In this document: piece by piece, positions 63,411-64,000 of the stretch
Position numbering within the stretch: the first letter of the stretch is position 1
How the letters are laid out: each line of letters opens with the position of its first letter
Source of the DNA: the human T2T-CHM13v2.0 reference genome, Homo sapiens
DNA: 64,000 nt
NCBI RefSeq assembly: GCF_009914755.1
Contig: NC_060930.1
Direction: 5' to 3' (one strand)
Program-made: the position numbers and the translations under genes
Notes under the pieces: generated by a model
Told to the model about the DNA's origin: nothing
The model's database searches: none
The model's input: the letters and a program-made list of their open reading frames with translations, nothing else

Positions 63411-64000
63411 CTTAAAACCAATGGTAGCAAATTAAAAATTCATAAGATATTTAAATAATATTTCTGCCAACACATGGCAGAATAGTTCTGATCTAGCATT
63501 TGGTGACCATTATAGTTGTACCATGTATTTTGCCAGGTACATAGAAAGACTTTTATGAATATTTCTTGAATGAATGAGTGTTCAGGCCCTAGATAATGTT
63601 TGTTAAAAGAAGCCTGGCATACATACTTTCAGATTACCCTGATGCAATAGTCTGTTCAAGTCAGAAGTCATCTTTGACATGTAATCTCATTTTAGTAGCC
63701 CTCCCTTCTTATTCCATCACTAAGAATTTTTGATGTGAGCAGAAATTGTTACTCTAATCTAGAAGTTACCAATTCATATATAATATAAAGAGGGAAGGTA
63801 TAAGACCATAAGAAGGGAAGAGTTCTAAGTTGAAGTAAAACAAATATGTGCCTTCTATAAAAAGAGCAGTTGTTTTGTGGCTCTTACCAATTTTACTGTG
63901 AAGAAATTTGAACACAATGTCGCCATGATTTCTAGTGATTCAAGAAAAGCTAGAAATCTGATGAAGCATTAAAATTTCCTCAGTTTTTATTGTGTGGGCC

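Overview
This is AT-rich, CpG-depleted primate (human-like) non-coding DNA, either a gene desert or a deep intron. I find no credible protein-coding gene, tRNA, rRNA or CRISPR array. The listed ORFs are short and come from chance or from repeats. A large part of the window is fossil transposable element: AluY, AluSx/Sz-like, AluSc-like and AluSp copies, a FAM monomer, many MIR and L2 fragments, old L1M pieces, a CR1/L3 reverse-transcriptase remnant, MaLR LTRs (MLT1, MSTB), ERV1 LTRs (LTR12C-like, MER34-like), an ERVL LTR16-like element, and DNA transposons (MER2, three MER20, MER53, MER5-like). Several repeat-free blocks rich in homeodomain, SOX, POU and TCF motifs (about 16.3-17.5, 34.5-35.0, 39.2-39.9, 57.3-58.7 and 62.0-62.4 kb) look like conserved developmental enhancers. 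The most unusual signal seen directly in the sequence is a set of template-switch scars: a 159-bp inverted copy of nearby DNA inserted into an MLT1C LTR, an LTR12C with its first 30 nt flipped in place and its U3 deleted, and short fold-back insertions in an AluY and an MLT1D. Repeat subfamily names come from recalled consensus sequences and boundaries are approximate. I could not identify the locus by name, and I found no convincing novel gene system.
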